This document shows, piece by piece, positions 1 to 18,958 of a DNA stretch of 64,000 nucleotides. Both the position numbers and the translations under genes were made by a program. The first letter of the stretch is position 1. Each line of letters begins with the position of its first letter. The notes under the pieces were generated by a model that was not told where the DNA came from, searched no databases, and was given only the letters and a program-made list of their open reading frames with translations. Source of the DNA: Chrysomallon squamiferum (lineage: Eukaryota > Animalia > Mollusca); NCBI GenBank assembly GCA_012295275.1, contig CM022669.1:13144001-13208000 (forward strand), read 5' to 3'.

Positions 1-33
1 AATTTTATTTATTTATTTATTATTTATTTATTT

Positions 34-103
<70 letters not shown>

Positions 104-1878
104 GAAATAACAACAAGAAGGGCTACAGAAAGAGATAATGTTAAATCTGAAAACGTTTACCGTCATCATTTTAAAACAAGACAGAATTTACGTCCATTTT
201 AATTTTCCTTTTTCATTTTAGAAATTTGACAAAAACGTATTGAATTTAACATTAAAGAAAATACTTTTATTCTAAGATTAAAATAACAAAATTTACAAGA
301 AAAAACATAAAATTTATTTTATTTTAGAAATAATTACATATGATGTATGTTTATTTAAGTGTGTATGTATGAAGGTATGTATGCAATAAACATGAGTATG
401 TATATAAAAATTGTTAAATATTATAAATAAACCTTTACTATATAGACTGAGCCAACACGCATACACACACACAAACACACCAACACACACACTACTACAC
501 CACACAGAGCGACACAAACGCGCGAGCGCGCACACACACGCACACACATTTCTGTTAACAAATCTGACAGCCGTTGTAGCATATTTGCACTGTCTGCAGT
601 ATTCACCCCTTTTCATACACGTGGTACAGTTTAGCGTTACGCTGCTTTAAACAGCTGTTCAGAACTAACGATTACCAGTCAACTAATCTAGAACTGTTTC
701 TCATCAACATGTATCCCATTTACAGCATTCATAAATTTAAACTATACTGTAAAATACCCATAACACATTTTGTACATTTCTGGAAAATGTTTTCTTTAGT
801 AATGATGGTCAACCATTGTATATAATAAATCAGGGCAATAAAATAATAACTGTAGAGCGATACATTTAGGAATTTAGGATCCAAGGGTCCTCTGAATACG
901 TCGTCACTGCGTACCATGAAAACACGAGCTTACGAAACGACGTATAAAGAGGAATTAATATAAATAATGCAGATACGTTCCAGATGCATCCATATTTTCA
1001 CCACTTAATTTACATAATAAATATATTGCAATGTACCTACAAACAATAATAAACGTCTAATATAAATTACTGTACAATATAAACAATAAAAAGAAATATG
1101 GAGTAAAAAAATATATATATATATATATAATACGATTTAAAAAAAAAAAAAAATTCGAAAAAAAAAATCTTTCGCTTTGCATATCGTGTATCAAAAAATC
1201 CAGTGTAACTGTGAAACAGAAAGGATGTTAATTGAAATACGGTCCCTTGTTTGTTGCTGACGTGTATGAGAAATGACGTACACAAAGAAAACGGCACGAA
1301 TAGCGAGGAGTCTTTGTAGTATTATTCGTGTTTTTAATCTACTCGCTGTTTTGCAGAGTAGTATCCAGTCAAAAAAAATCCTACCAGACTGAGGATACAG
1401 CAAGAGAATTTTAATTTGGTATTTATGTTTCTGTGATTCTACTAAATAACGTCATGATAGAAAGGGAAATAAATGCGTCCGTCACCTTGCTGTTTTCTTT
1501 CTTTAGTTTAAAGTTGTTTTAAATATACCAATGTTACTGTGTTCTGTGTATCTCTGCTTATATGTGAGTGTATATGTTTGTGTGTGTTTGTGTGTGTAAA
1601 TGTGTATATCTGTGGGTGTAAAATTATTTTCTAAATTCTTGTAGAGAAACAAATTTTCTCCATTTATTGCATACATACACACATACACATATAACATAAT
1701 ATACACATATAGTATACACATACTTACTTATACAAATATACATACATGAATGCTTATGTACATACATACATATATACAGGACGTCTGCCTTGACATTCCT
1801 GCGCTGAAGAATAAATATTTGATTGTTTTGGGGTTTTTGTTTTGTTTTGTGTTTTGTTTTTTCTCTGATCGACTGAGA

Positions 1879-1911
<33 letters not shown>

Positions 1912-2691
1912 GCATACATATATACATACATACATACGTACGTACGTACATATACATACATACATATATATAAATACATATAAACATGCCTATTCATAAA
2001 CACATTAACATAAGCCAAATAATTATCTGCCCTTTATATATATGTATTCTAATTCTAATTTCATTTTATCCGATGTGAACTGAGGCGTAAGAATAATTAG
2101 CTGTTTCTGAAATTAGACAAACGAGAGCCATCCGTTTAGCCTAATGCACCTGCTTTCATTACCGTTTTAATTTCATCTATTCCATGTTCCGTAATGAAAT
2201 TTATATTAATTATTTCCTCTTGTTTTTTGTTTTTGTTTTTATTTAACATTTTCTAGCAGCACTGAAAAAGCCCCAAACCGCAAAATATAGCTCAATAAGT
2301 TTTAATCAGAATTCCGTGCAAAACAGTCCGGTAGGAAGAGATCCAAAATAGCTAAAGTTAGATTACGTTCAGTAATAACACAACTTAAAAACATGCTAAA
2401 ATCAATGTCTGACAATACAGTTATTAATTAATTATGTTGAGATGACAGCACATGTAATAATGAAATCGATGGCTTCGCACAAAAACTTTGTGGAAACTTA
2501 CAAACATGCTTGCCAAATTATTATTATTATTTTTTTTTTTTTTTTTTTTTTTTTCTTTTTTTTTTGGTAATTACCTCATTCCATTATGACGTCATCTACA
2601 TCGCAAATACGAAAAGTTGAGTTAATGATCGAAAAATCTTTTAGTTTTTTGTTTTTGTTTGTTATATTAAATATTAAATACGATTTATTTA

Positions 2692-2722
<31 letters not shown>

Positions 2723-2996
2723 TTATGAATACATTAATGGGATTTGGGAAATACAATTTCTCTACAGACATTTGTTTTCATCATCTGTCAGTTAATCGTT
2801 ATGTTTATCCACATAAACAATATGATATTGTTCTGTTGACTTTTATTTCGCCTGCGGAGTAACGGAAATGAAAGAATATATGATAAAAGAAAGAAAGAAT
2901 TTTTTTTTTTTAAAAATGTTAAATTTCATCTTGCATTAAATATCTTGAAAAAAAAAATAATAATATAAATAAAATAAAATAAAATAAAATAAAAAA

Positions 2997-3032
<36 letters not shown>

Positions 3033-3472
3033 AATAAGAAGAAGAAGAAGAAGAAGAATGAGAAATGGACTAATCTGATTTATTTAAGAGGATTTATCCG
3101 TTAATCTCTGCCACAAAACAGAATCACACACACATCTGTGTGTATGTGTGTGTGTGTGTGTGTGTGTATGAACATACACACATATATACATAAAGAAAAA
3201 TGTATTGGAAAAGAAACGAAGTAATAACAACAGTAATACAAAATAAACAATTAAAATAATAATCTTATTGTTTTCATAAATTAAAATCTGAAAAATTTAT
3301 GTGTGTCTTTCTTTTTGTTTTGTACTGTTTTGTTTTGTACTGTTTTTGTTTTGGGAGGTTATGGGGGGCTTTCTTTGGGCGGGGTGTTACTGTCTGTGGG
3401 GACTGATTGTGTTGTTATCTATTATTCAAAACTATTTTATTTTTAATCTTCTTAACATGAAAACCTGGAGAC

Positions 3473-3503
<31 letters not shown>

Positions 3504-4265
3504 GAAGATAATTAATCTGCATTAATTATTAATTTTTATTGAAGACGTAGCATTTGTATCACAGGCAATCGATTTCCCAATCAAGAAATGTTGTCGTCGT
3601 ATATAATTTACTACGCTGTGGTTGATGCCGTCTATATGGAACTACAAAAGAACGTAGAAATGAAATTGATTTAAATCGACAGATTATTAAAAAAAAATAA
3701 AAATAAAAATTATAATATTAATTTTCCTATTATTACTTCTACTATTTTTAAATCACTGCAATTTTACGCATTCGGAAAATGCCAAAGATGATGGCAAAAT
3801 ATGCATTAGGCAATTTTTAGATTTACGACAAAATTTGTGTTTATGGAAGATAGGAATTACATCCCTGTGTGTGGTGGAATGTGGATTGATTTTTTAAAAA
3901 AAAAGACAGAAAAGTAAAAGGTAAATATATATTACATTTTTTTATTATTATTTAAGACAGGGAGAGAGAAAGAGAGAGACGTTAAATTAAAAAAAGAAAC
4001 AGAAAAAACAACAAAACAAACATTTCAAAACTATCGTTTCCAAAACAATTCATAAATAAATGCATATACAGTTTAAACAAACACACACACACACACACAT
4101 ACATACACACACACATATACACACACAGTCATGCATACACACAGAGACACAGATACATATGTAAACAGTCACACAAAACAGTACACTTCAGAAGTATGAA
4201 TCACTATAACAGTCAGTTATTTCACAAACAAAATGTAACGCAAGACAACATGTAAGTTCACAAGC

Positions 4266-4530
4266 ACTACTACTGCTGTTGCCGCTACTACACTACTGCT
4301 ACTACTACTGCTACAACTACTACTACTACTACATTACTTCCACTACTGCTACTGCTATTATTACTACATTACTACTACTACTACTTTTACTTCCACTATT
4401 ACTACTAATATTACATTACTACTATTATTATTACTACACTGATACTACTACCACAACCACTAATACTAATACTAATACTACACTGTTACTAATACTGCTG
4501 CTTCCATTACAACAACAGCAACTACTACAT
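4266..4530. repeat. Degenerate (ACT)n microsatellite
   Basis: Visible ACT/ATT triplet runs. Confidence 0.85.
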
Positions 4531-4795
4531 TAATAGTTATAGGCTGTTGGAAATTACATCAAATTAACAATCAAATTATTCTCTTTCTTGTAACATAGAG
4601 ACAGTTTGAAAAATATATGAAAATATTTCCAATAACAGCTTAATTCTGTTCAGATTGATAGATACTCTGTCAAACAGTATTCATTTTTTAAACACCTGGT
4701 TTAAAATTACATTAATTTAAATTTCTTAATTATAAAAATATATTGTCCTACCAAAAATAATAAATCTTCTTTTATTATTTTATTTTTTTTAATTT

Positions 4796-4799
<4 letters not shown>

Positions 4800-4861
<62 letters not shown>
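4800..4861. repeat. (AT)n microsatellite
   Basis: Perfect AT dinucleotide run. Confidence 0.95.
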
Positions 4862-4863
<2 letters not shown>

Positions 4864-5369
4864 TTGTAATAGGAAAAGAAAGCATTTTGAAATGAAAACA
4901 TGTTTTTAGCTTGTCAAAACAAAAAAGCAGTTGTTATAGAAGATTAATAAATGCCTTTTTGCAAAGAGCAGTGAACTGAGCATTAAGTTAGAAAAACAAA
5001 TGAAATGATAACAATAATTGTCATTATAGAAAGCTAATAATTTTAAAACTGACGACAGATTGTTTCTGTCATATTAGTTCTAGACATCAAATTAGGCAGG
5101 ATGGAACTGTATTGGAGCAGTTAATAATAATATTTTACGATTTGGCGTAGCAAGTAGTAAGATCAGTCCTTTTCGGTGTTCTACTTAGGTTTTTTTCCCT
5201 TTCCAACTTGTTTCTCAGGATAAGTTTATCAAATATACTATGGTGTGTGCTGTCATGCATTTTTGAAAGTTTCCTTACTCATGTTATAAAAGAAGTTTAT
5301 GAGTAACTTTTAATAAAGTTAAAAAGTAATAACATTCAGGTGTGTATAATCTATAATTGTATATGCATA

Positions 5370-5423
<54 letters not shown>

Positions 5424-6120
5424 TATGTGTGTATGTGTGTGTGTTAAATTATATATTTTTTTAATTATTTTTAATATTCTCTTAGATAAATTAATTAAAT
5501 ATTTGAAAATTATATTCTGCCATACTAATTTTGCAGACCTTTGCCCTAACTTTTATCTGTCTGACAATATACATTATCCTTTTCAAATGTACGTAATAAA
5601 ATACTGAACAAAAATAAAACTGTTCTAAGGCCTTTCTGTGTTTTACTTACACAGACATTTTCTCAATCTGAATGGAAATGTGTTTGAGGATAAACTGTTT
5701 GTACTGTTACTAAATCAGTTGCTGATTATACCATTAATTTGTTCAAGATCAATTAACAATCACCGATTTCCCTCGAGCATAGCCAAATTAAATAGACATT
5801 TTCATTTTCTTGCTAAAAGCGACGAGCAAGCTGTAAGTCCAAAAGGATTTTGTTTCTTTTAAATGACAAAAAAAAAAATTAAAATGGAAGACAAGACGCG
5901 GTTAAATGTTTGGTGCTAAAAAAATAGCTTTTAATTTTAATGTGATGGTAAGAATTTTACAAATACAAAAACAAATCTCCTGAGAGTTTATCTGTTGAAA
6001 AAAAAGAAATTCGGTATTCTTAATGTTCTTAAAATTGCTTTATGTAAAACAGTTGTGTTAAATAGTGCATTAATAATTTGGACTTTTATCTTTACGTTAA
6101 TTCCATTGTTCTGAGGTTGT

Positions 6121-6165
<45 letters not shown>

Positions 6166-7470
6166 CTTCTTTTTTGTTTCTTTTATTGTCATGGAATTTC
6201 AAATTAAAAGCCAAAGAGAAGTCTTTGAGGTTGGATCGCAGTCTGAACAGAAGAATATCTTTGATGAAGGTAGATATTCTTTTTCATTTATAACTTTGGT
6301 TTCTGGGTAATTTTTGAGACTGTGATATATTGGACAGTCTGCGAATATGGTCTAACTTTATATCTGAAAAAGGTTTCAAAGTTTAAAAAAGGATTTATGT
6401 AAAGCTTAGATAATACATAATGCTAATTCTAAGGAGTATCTTTGAAAAGCTGAACATGATAATGATGTGATATTCATTTAGATATAATTTTAAATTTCAC
6501 AGATAAAATGTTCAAATTAATAAATGTTAATGTTTATACTGAGTTAAATTTATGGGAATGGATTCAAATTTCAAATGAATTAAACTATACGTTCAGTGAA
6601 ATACGTGATATAAATTAAGAAACAACGTTTAAAATTTTGAAAAAATAATCATTTCATTTCTGTTATTAAACTCTTATTAATTAAGAAATTAATTTATTAT
6701 ATATTTTTAATTGTCCTCAAGTGATTCACAATTTGATAACATAACAAACACAGCTAATATTATTTTTTTTGAATTATTTTGTCAAAATATTTTTCGCAGT
6801 ATATATTATTTTATATTGGAAAAATAATAATAATTTTTGTTATTTAAGATATATATTTCTGATTGATGTTTAAATATAATTTAATTACTGATAATGTTCA
6901 CAGTTAATTAATATTTCAACAATTATTTATCTCAGATTTGATTTACCGAACATTTAAATGGTACGAAACAGAATTTGCTAATTTCGACGAAGAAAAATTC
7001 AGTTTTAACAACAAAATGTATGTGGGGTCACTTCTGGCATGTCCCTTCCTTTTCAACAATATGTTCAAACACGCCTTCCATGCACACAACAAAAACCTCT
7101 GACGTCACCAAAAGAAGTCCTATCCATCGTTATGACGTATTTATCTGTAAAGGGATCAGTGTAAAGATGTGAAAAATACCAGTCTACTTTATGGTAATCT
7201 GTTGTGAGTGTGGTTTTACATCCAGCTATCGGTTTGAAAACCTATCAGTGCTGAGAACAGCGTTAATCAGCATGTGTTGTTTTCCTCTGACAGGACAAAC
7301 GAGTAAAAAAAAACATTAATTCTTAACAAAACACCTGATGTCATGTGAAGCGTTTTGTTTTTATTTATTTTTGTATTTTATATTTTAAAAATTATATAAA
7401 AATATACTAAAATATACTAAATTAATATATATTTATAAAAATAATATTTTGAAATATATTTTAAAAAATT

Positions 7471-7669
<199 letters not shown>

Positions 7670-9243
7670 ACATTCTCAACACATCTAACTCTATAACTAT
7701 GTATCTGGCTATTTTTTTCTTTGATGAATTATAAACATCGTACAGTATCTGCTTGGATACCAAACAATGCTGTCAAATCCAGAATCTCATTTCAGTTCAC
7801 CTGAACAATGTCAACTGTAAGACATCATAGGATGCATCTCGTAGTGAGTCCGAATAATATCACAAACTATCGTAAAACAATTGTAAAATTTGACAAACAG
7901 ACATAAAACAGTGGTTTAACTGTTACGTTCGGTTTTACGACTGGTTAATACAACAAACATATTGCTTGTAGTTAACATCTTTATCACCATTAACAGAACC
8001 AACGCTCTACCTTATTAATGTGAGTACAGCTAGCAATATACTGAAGTTAATACACTCTGGGGATCCTAATTCGCAGTCAGTATCTTATTAGTGGTGTTAT
8101 TTTGCCAATAGATCTCTGCTACATACATTGGGTGTTACATATTCTTTTTTTGTTGTTTTCTTTGTTTCGTGGCTATACTATACAATGCTGGAACGCAATT
8201 TTCTTTATGTTGTTTCTTGGTGAAAGAAGCATCAGTGTTGTTTGATTTTTTATTATTATTATTGTTGTTGTTATCACTATGTTTCAGCTGATGTTGATTC
8301 TATGGGAATTTACCTCGTCTTTTGCAGAATTCGGTAACAGTTGTGTTTAAAATAATTTTACAGCAAAACTTCCAGTTGTTTCTTATTTCAGAAGCAAAAT
8401 AAGCAGAATCAGTTGTTTTTTCTTCTTCTACTTCTTCTTCTTCTTTGCTACTCCATGCAAAATCAGTGTATTTTTTAAAATTATTTTGTCAATATTGTGG
8501 ATAAACAAAGGTGATGGATTCGGAAAACGTAAAGCTCTTGAAGCCAAACGCTTATTCCTGTCGCTTCTGTTATTAATCATCTCTGGAGTATGTAACAGTA
8601 GAATGTCCTTAACAATTTGATATAACTACCAGTGGAAGAAAACAAAGAAGGAAATTAATATAGCAAAAGGCCACTGTTCAGCGTACAGATAGATATATGT
8701 GTATATATTTATATCATTATTTGCTATCACTGCTTCTGACATCAGTTAAAGAATTCTGAAGAAAGACGTCAAGTTTTCTCATCTGTGAATGCGGTTATAA
8801 AGGTGAGATTAGTACAGATATGAATGTTTGTATAAACTGTTTTGCAAGCGTCTCTGTTTCGTTGTTTTTTTTATAATGATGTGAATACTGTAAATATAAA
8901 CCGTGTCTATGTAAAGGTAATCAAGTGAAATGGTCAGAAGATTTTTGTCATGTGATGTGACCGAGCCGAGGCGAAGTCTAGGAATGACTAAGACAAAAAC
9001 GTATTTATTTCATTTTGTTTTATTTTATTTTGTTTTTCTTGTTATTTTTTTTTTTATTTGGATATAAACTGTAATATGTAAAGGTCATGAATTTGACCTT
9101 CAGTGTTAATTTTTTTTAACCATTAAAACAGAAAAAATAAAATGTGAACATGATATTATGTAAGTATATATGTATGTATGTAAGTATGTGAAACGATCAG
9201 AGTTTTTGTATTGTCATTTCTTTTTTTTTCCCATTCTTCTTCG

Positions 9244-9375
<132 letters not shown>

Positions 9376-9815
9376 ATACCCATACACACACAGACTCACG
9401 GAAATGTGAAGCAAAGAAAACTTTTGTTACAAAAATGGAATTAAAAAAACCTATTTTTATCTTATTTTACCAGTTTCATTTAAGATGATCATTCAAATGG
9501 ATAAATATAAAAAGTCCATTATTTTTGTTCAGCTATTCTGATTCATAAATATAATCACCTTTTCCTTTTTTATATAAACCTAAGTCACGATTGTTACAAA
9601 TACATTATAAAAAAATGTTTATAATATAGATATATAAAGACAAAATATTCTGAACAAGCCAGACATTTCAGAATTGTAGAGAAACAGAAATACTGTGATT
9701 TGTTTTTAAATTTTTTTGGTTGACAACGAGTAGATTATGAATAATGTCTTTAGTTTTTATTTTCTGGGTGTAAAGATACGTCGAGTGAGTACTTTTTAAT
9801 TTTTTAATTTTATTT

Positions 9816-9856
<41 letters not shown>

Positions 9857-10373
9857 ATGACTGAAAAATTAAACACGTTCGTTTTATTTCTATTTCCTAC
9901 GTCTTCTTTTTATTTTAATTTAATTTTAAATAAATAAAGTGTGGGTTGTTGGGTTATTTTTATTTATTGTTTTTATTTTATTTTTATTTTTTTTAAGCTT
10001 TCTAACTGATCACAGACAGATCAGATATGTCTTATTTGAACGTAGTAAGAAAACAGATTTCTCTCATTTCAAATAATTTTGTTCTGTGCTGTAGAAAAGG
10101 AAGATTAGATGTATTTGACTGATACGTCAGTGTGATGTTATTTTCTTATACAAATATTATCTTCTCCTTCCATCTTGGTGATCTGTAAGACAAACAGAGC
10201 TACCTACTTACATGTGTGACTTCAAATAACTCTAATATTAATGTAAGCTGTATCGAGGTGCATAAGAGCAACATCAAATAAACACAGCAGTGAAAACCTC
10301 ACCGAAAAGAAGATAGGCAAACACAGGTATAGGTGAATTTTGTTTTTTTTTTTTTTTTTCCTATTTTGCTTCT

Positions 10374-10410
<37 letters not shown>

Positions 10411-10457
10411 CTATCTACTAAGTTATATGTCACATTTTAGTTTTTATTCTTCTTTAT

Positions 10458-10497
<40 letters not shown>

Positions 10498-11187
10498 TAT
10501 TAAAACATAAGATTCCTAATCAATTCAGACTTATCATCTTACTTTTCAGGTTGATTTTGATATCTTTTGAAAATGGGCTTGTGTATTTTAAAGCTTTAAT
10601 TAAAAGGTAAGGGTCTCTTATGGTTCAATTAAGTGTTAATGTTAATCGTTGTAAAATTATTTTAATATGCATGTGCATAGCCAATTTATAATATTCCCTT
10701 TTTATTCTTTTTCTGTTTATTGTAATGATATAGTGTCTAGTATTTTTCATTATTTGGTGATTTAAAAAAGAAAATTTTTTTTTTTTTTTTTTTTTTTTTA
10801 AAACAAAAAAAAATTATTTCCAAGATAATATTGTTTTATTAGCATTTGGGTTATTTTTAATTATATTGTGATGTCATAATTCATAAAATTTTGTATTTAA
10901 TTGACTCTGTTCACAATAGTTAAGCTTTGGTAATTTGTTTGGTTCTTAATTTTAAATCTTTAAATTAATTTTGTGATGTGTTCACAGCATTTAAAAAATA
11001 TATTTAATTATTTTCTTATGTTACTGTTCTGTTATTTGTTATTGTTAATTCATTACTGTTGTTGTTGTTGTTGTTGTTGTTATTATCATCATTATAATCA
11101 TTCACATAACTTACTATTGACATTAGTTAATATAAATTGCTTTGTGATATTATTGCACTCTGTATTTTTGTTATGAAAATACATTTC

Positions 11188-11346
11188 TGTGTGTGTGTCT
11201 CTGTCTGTGTGTGTGTCTGTGTGTGTGAGTGTGTCTGTGTGTGTGTGTCTGTGTGTGTGTCTGTGTGTGTGTGTTTGTGTGTCTGTGTGTGTGTGTGTGT
11301 GTGTCTGTATGTGTGTCTGTGTGTGTGTCTGTCTGTGTGTGTGTGT
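11188..11346. repeat. Imperfect (GT)n/(GTCT) microsatellite upstream of the GPCR1 acceptor
   Basis: Direct inspection. It explains the spurious CVCVCV N-terminus of ORF 11229. Confidence 0.9.
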
Positions 11347-11408
11347 ATACATTCATTTTTATTTTATTTTACTTCATTCTTTTTTTTTCCTCTTCAGTTT
11401 CCGCCATC

Positions 11409-15380
<3,972 letters not shown>

Positions 15381-15425
15381 ACAATGACAGTGACGTCAGT
15401 GGGTAAATGTGTGACGTCTCAAAAC

Positions 15426-15744
15426 GAATTCATTATGTAAATATGTTACACGTCAGTGGAATTAATTATGTAAATAAGTGACACGTCAGTGGAATTAATT
15501 ATGTAAATAGGTGACACGTCAGTGGAATTAATTATGTAAATAGGTGACACGTCAGTGGAATTAATTATGTAAATAGGTGACACGTCAGTGGAATTAATTA
15601 TGTAAATAGGTGACACGTCAGTGGAATTAATTATGTAAATAGGTGACACGTCAGTGGAATTAATTATGTAAATAGGTGACACGTCAGTGGAATTAATTAT
15701 GTAAATAGGTGACACGTCAGTGGATGGAATTAATTATGTAAATA
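15426..15744 (+). repeat. 33-bp minisatellite (about 9.5 copies, GTGACACGTCAGTGGAATTAATTATGTAAATAG) in the presumed 3' UTR of GPCR copy 1
   Basis: Near-perfect 33-bp period: CACGTCAGTGG occurs at 15449, 15482, 15515, 15548, 15581, 15614, 15647, 15680 and 15713. The array begins about 45 nt after the stop codon. Confidence 0.97.
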
Positions 15745-16103
15745 ACGAAAAACTCGTTTAATTCTGAACGCATTATTTCAACAACATTTGTATTAAAACA
15801 GTTAATAAAATCATGGAATTTTTGTTTAGGACATTTTGTCTAGCTGGTGTTCAACTTGTATATAATTTTAAATAACAATGCATGATGAAGAAATGAATTG
15901 ATTAATAAAGACATCTTCATTATATAGAAATGTGTGCGCTTGAACGCTAAGTCGTTCCAGAAATACAAAAGCATATACACATAAAAACACAACTGCAGCT
16001 GTCGGTTCGAGAAATTACAAGATGTACGTTGAGTCTGAGCAAATGACACCACAAGATAATTATTTCATTCATGCTTTGAGTTCCAAAAGTCAGATAGTGG
16101 AGA

Positions 16104-16120
16104 TAGTAGTAGTAGTAGTG

Positions 16121-16157
<37 letters not shown>

Positions 16158-16365
16158 TAGTAGTAGTAGTGGTAGTAGTGGTAGTAGTAGTAGTAGTGAT
16201 AGTATTTATAGTAGAGGTAGTAGTAGTAGTAGTAACAGTAGAAGTAATGGTAGTAGTAGTAGCAGCAGCAGTAGTAATAGTTGTATTAGTAGTATTTAAT
16301 AATAATAGTAGTAGTAATAGTAGTAGCAGTAACAGTAGCAGCAGTAGTAGTAGTAGTAGTAGTAG
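16104..16365. repeat. (TAG)n-type microsatellite
   Basis: Direct inspection. Confidence 0.9.
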
Positions 16366-17216
16366 TCTCTGTTATTCCATAAATATTGCATAATAATAGT
16401 GATAGGTAAAAAAATATATACTATAAAATAGATTCTTATTTCTTCCTTGATTTCATTCTGTTTGTACTTGGTATTAATAAAGTATTATTGTTAAATAACA
16501 TGCTTAACAGGTCACAATGTATAGCTGCTACATTTTATTATATAAGACGAAAAATATCAGAGGATATTAGAACTAATACGGTAAATAATATCAGTAATAT
16601 CGGAATGATTTTTTTCTTCTTCTTTAATTTCTGTTTGTCTGTAATAATATTCAGAAACTGCAGAATCTACTAAACATTACACAGACAATGACAACTTCTA
16701 ACTAAAACAGTACATGGACTATGCTAGAATCTACAATATTATAAATTATATGGTACAGAACATCATGCAAGTAACACTATATGTATGATCCCCAGAACAA
16801 GTTTATTAATGAGCCGCTGTGGAGAGCAGTAACATTCAGTATCTGCCGTCTTCTCGTTTCGGTCGATCAACGAAGGAAAATAAATAGAGTCACCTAACTT
16901 TTCTAATCAGTAACTCACTGTTATGATGAACAAGTGTTCAATAAAGTTATGTGTCATACATAGACATTAATTAGCATATATGTTCAGAGCTTTATATTGT
17001 TACATTTAGTCTGGTACACTCTAGCACGCACGGACTCACATGTACCGACATACTATACACACACAGAGACGTACATGCAGCATAGACACACACACATACA
17101 CACACACATATATATAATATACAGATAGACAGACATATATATATATATACAGAGAGAAAGAGACACAGATATTGATGATTATATTTATAAACTGTCGATA
17201 TACATACACGTATATT

Positions 17217-17435
<219 letters not shown>

Positions 17436-18435
17436 ACAAGTATAACTCTCAGCATATAATTCTTTCTAATTCCAGAAGCAGATTAAAACAATAAATTCGA
17501 AAATAAAATTCTTATTCCATTATAATATCAGAAACTGGAAAATATTAGAAAACTTACTTTCTGTCCGAGTACAATTTATATGTGAGTATAACATAAAATA
17601 ATATTCACCAGTATATAGTAACAGTTCTTATTATATCATATTAATTACTATTTATCTCTGCATTATATTCAGTGATCTTAATAAGCTATTAGTTTAAATC
17701 TGATATTGTCTTATAACCATCCATTTTGCTCTAGATTTGAATGGGTTAAGAAATACGATTCCTACTAACAAAGCTAATCTGATTTATTATTTTTAATTAG
17801 TTCTCAAAGAAGATCATATTATCGTTTATGTCATTAATTTTCGCGTTAGTGAAACACGTGTTCTTTCATTCTCTCATCTAACAGTTTCCAAGTTCAACAG
17901 GGCAATATCTGAAACAAATATTGTAACGTCGTTTTTGACAGTTTTAAAGTTTCTTTACTCTTATTTCATTACCGTAATATATCATCAGGTAACACATTTG
18001 ACGTAACAACGTCATTTCAACAGAAATTTAAGGGTAATTGTGGAAAATTTATAGTCTGTCAGGACTTTTTTATTTGACAAATGATTGACACAAACGGCAA
18101 TTTATATAATCATATTACTGAAAAAAAAAAAAAAAAAAAAAATTAAAGTCCTGCTTTATTAATTTCAATATGGAATATAAAACACATGTTTGATTCCTCT
18201 ACTTTGAGCATTTCTAATGGGCTAATACAACAGAGTGAAGACTGTACAGTTTGCTAATTATTTTTATTGGTTCTGTGGTTTAGTCTGGTGTATATTATTT
18301 CAAGGACAAGTAAATATAATGAAGCTAAATTAGACACGACTGCAATTACATAGTACGAACTTTCCGGCGTAATCGATTACCATAATCATTAGTAACGTCT
18401 CTTGAAGGAATCAAGGACATATGTGTATCTATATC

Positions 18436-18611
<176 letters not shown>

Positions 18612-18920
18612 TCGGATTCTGTTATTAACAATACACTTAAGATTTAGATGATATATTGATTCCAGACAAAATCGTTTAATAGATAAAGACATATACTCAC
18701 GTACATACACACTACACATAGGAGTTATTTGTTTTTCCTTTCTTACTTAAAAAAAGAAAAAGGAAAAGAAAATGTTGTTGTTATTATTATTTATTTATTT
18801 ATTGTTGACTTGTTTGTTTGTTCGTTTATTATTATTATTTTGTTATTGTTATTATTACCGTCATTATGTTTATTATTATTATTATCAGCAGCATCATCAT
18901 TATCTTCATCATTGTTGTTG

Positions 18921-18958
<38 letters not shown>

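Noticed and set aside
15446-15715. 33-bp array as a CRISPR array, or as the minus-strand SPIYIINSTDV repeat protein
   Set aside because: The units are directly adjacent with no unique spacers, there are no cas genes and the context is eukaryotic. The ORF arises only because 33 is divisible by 3.
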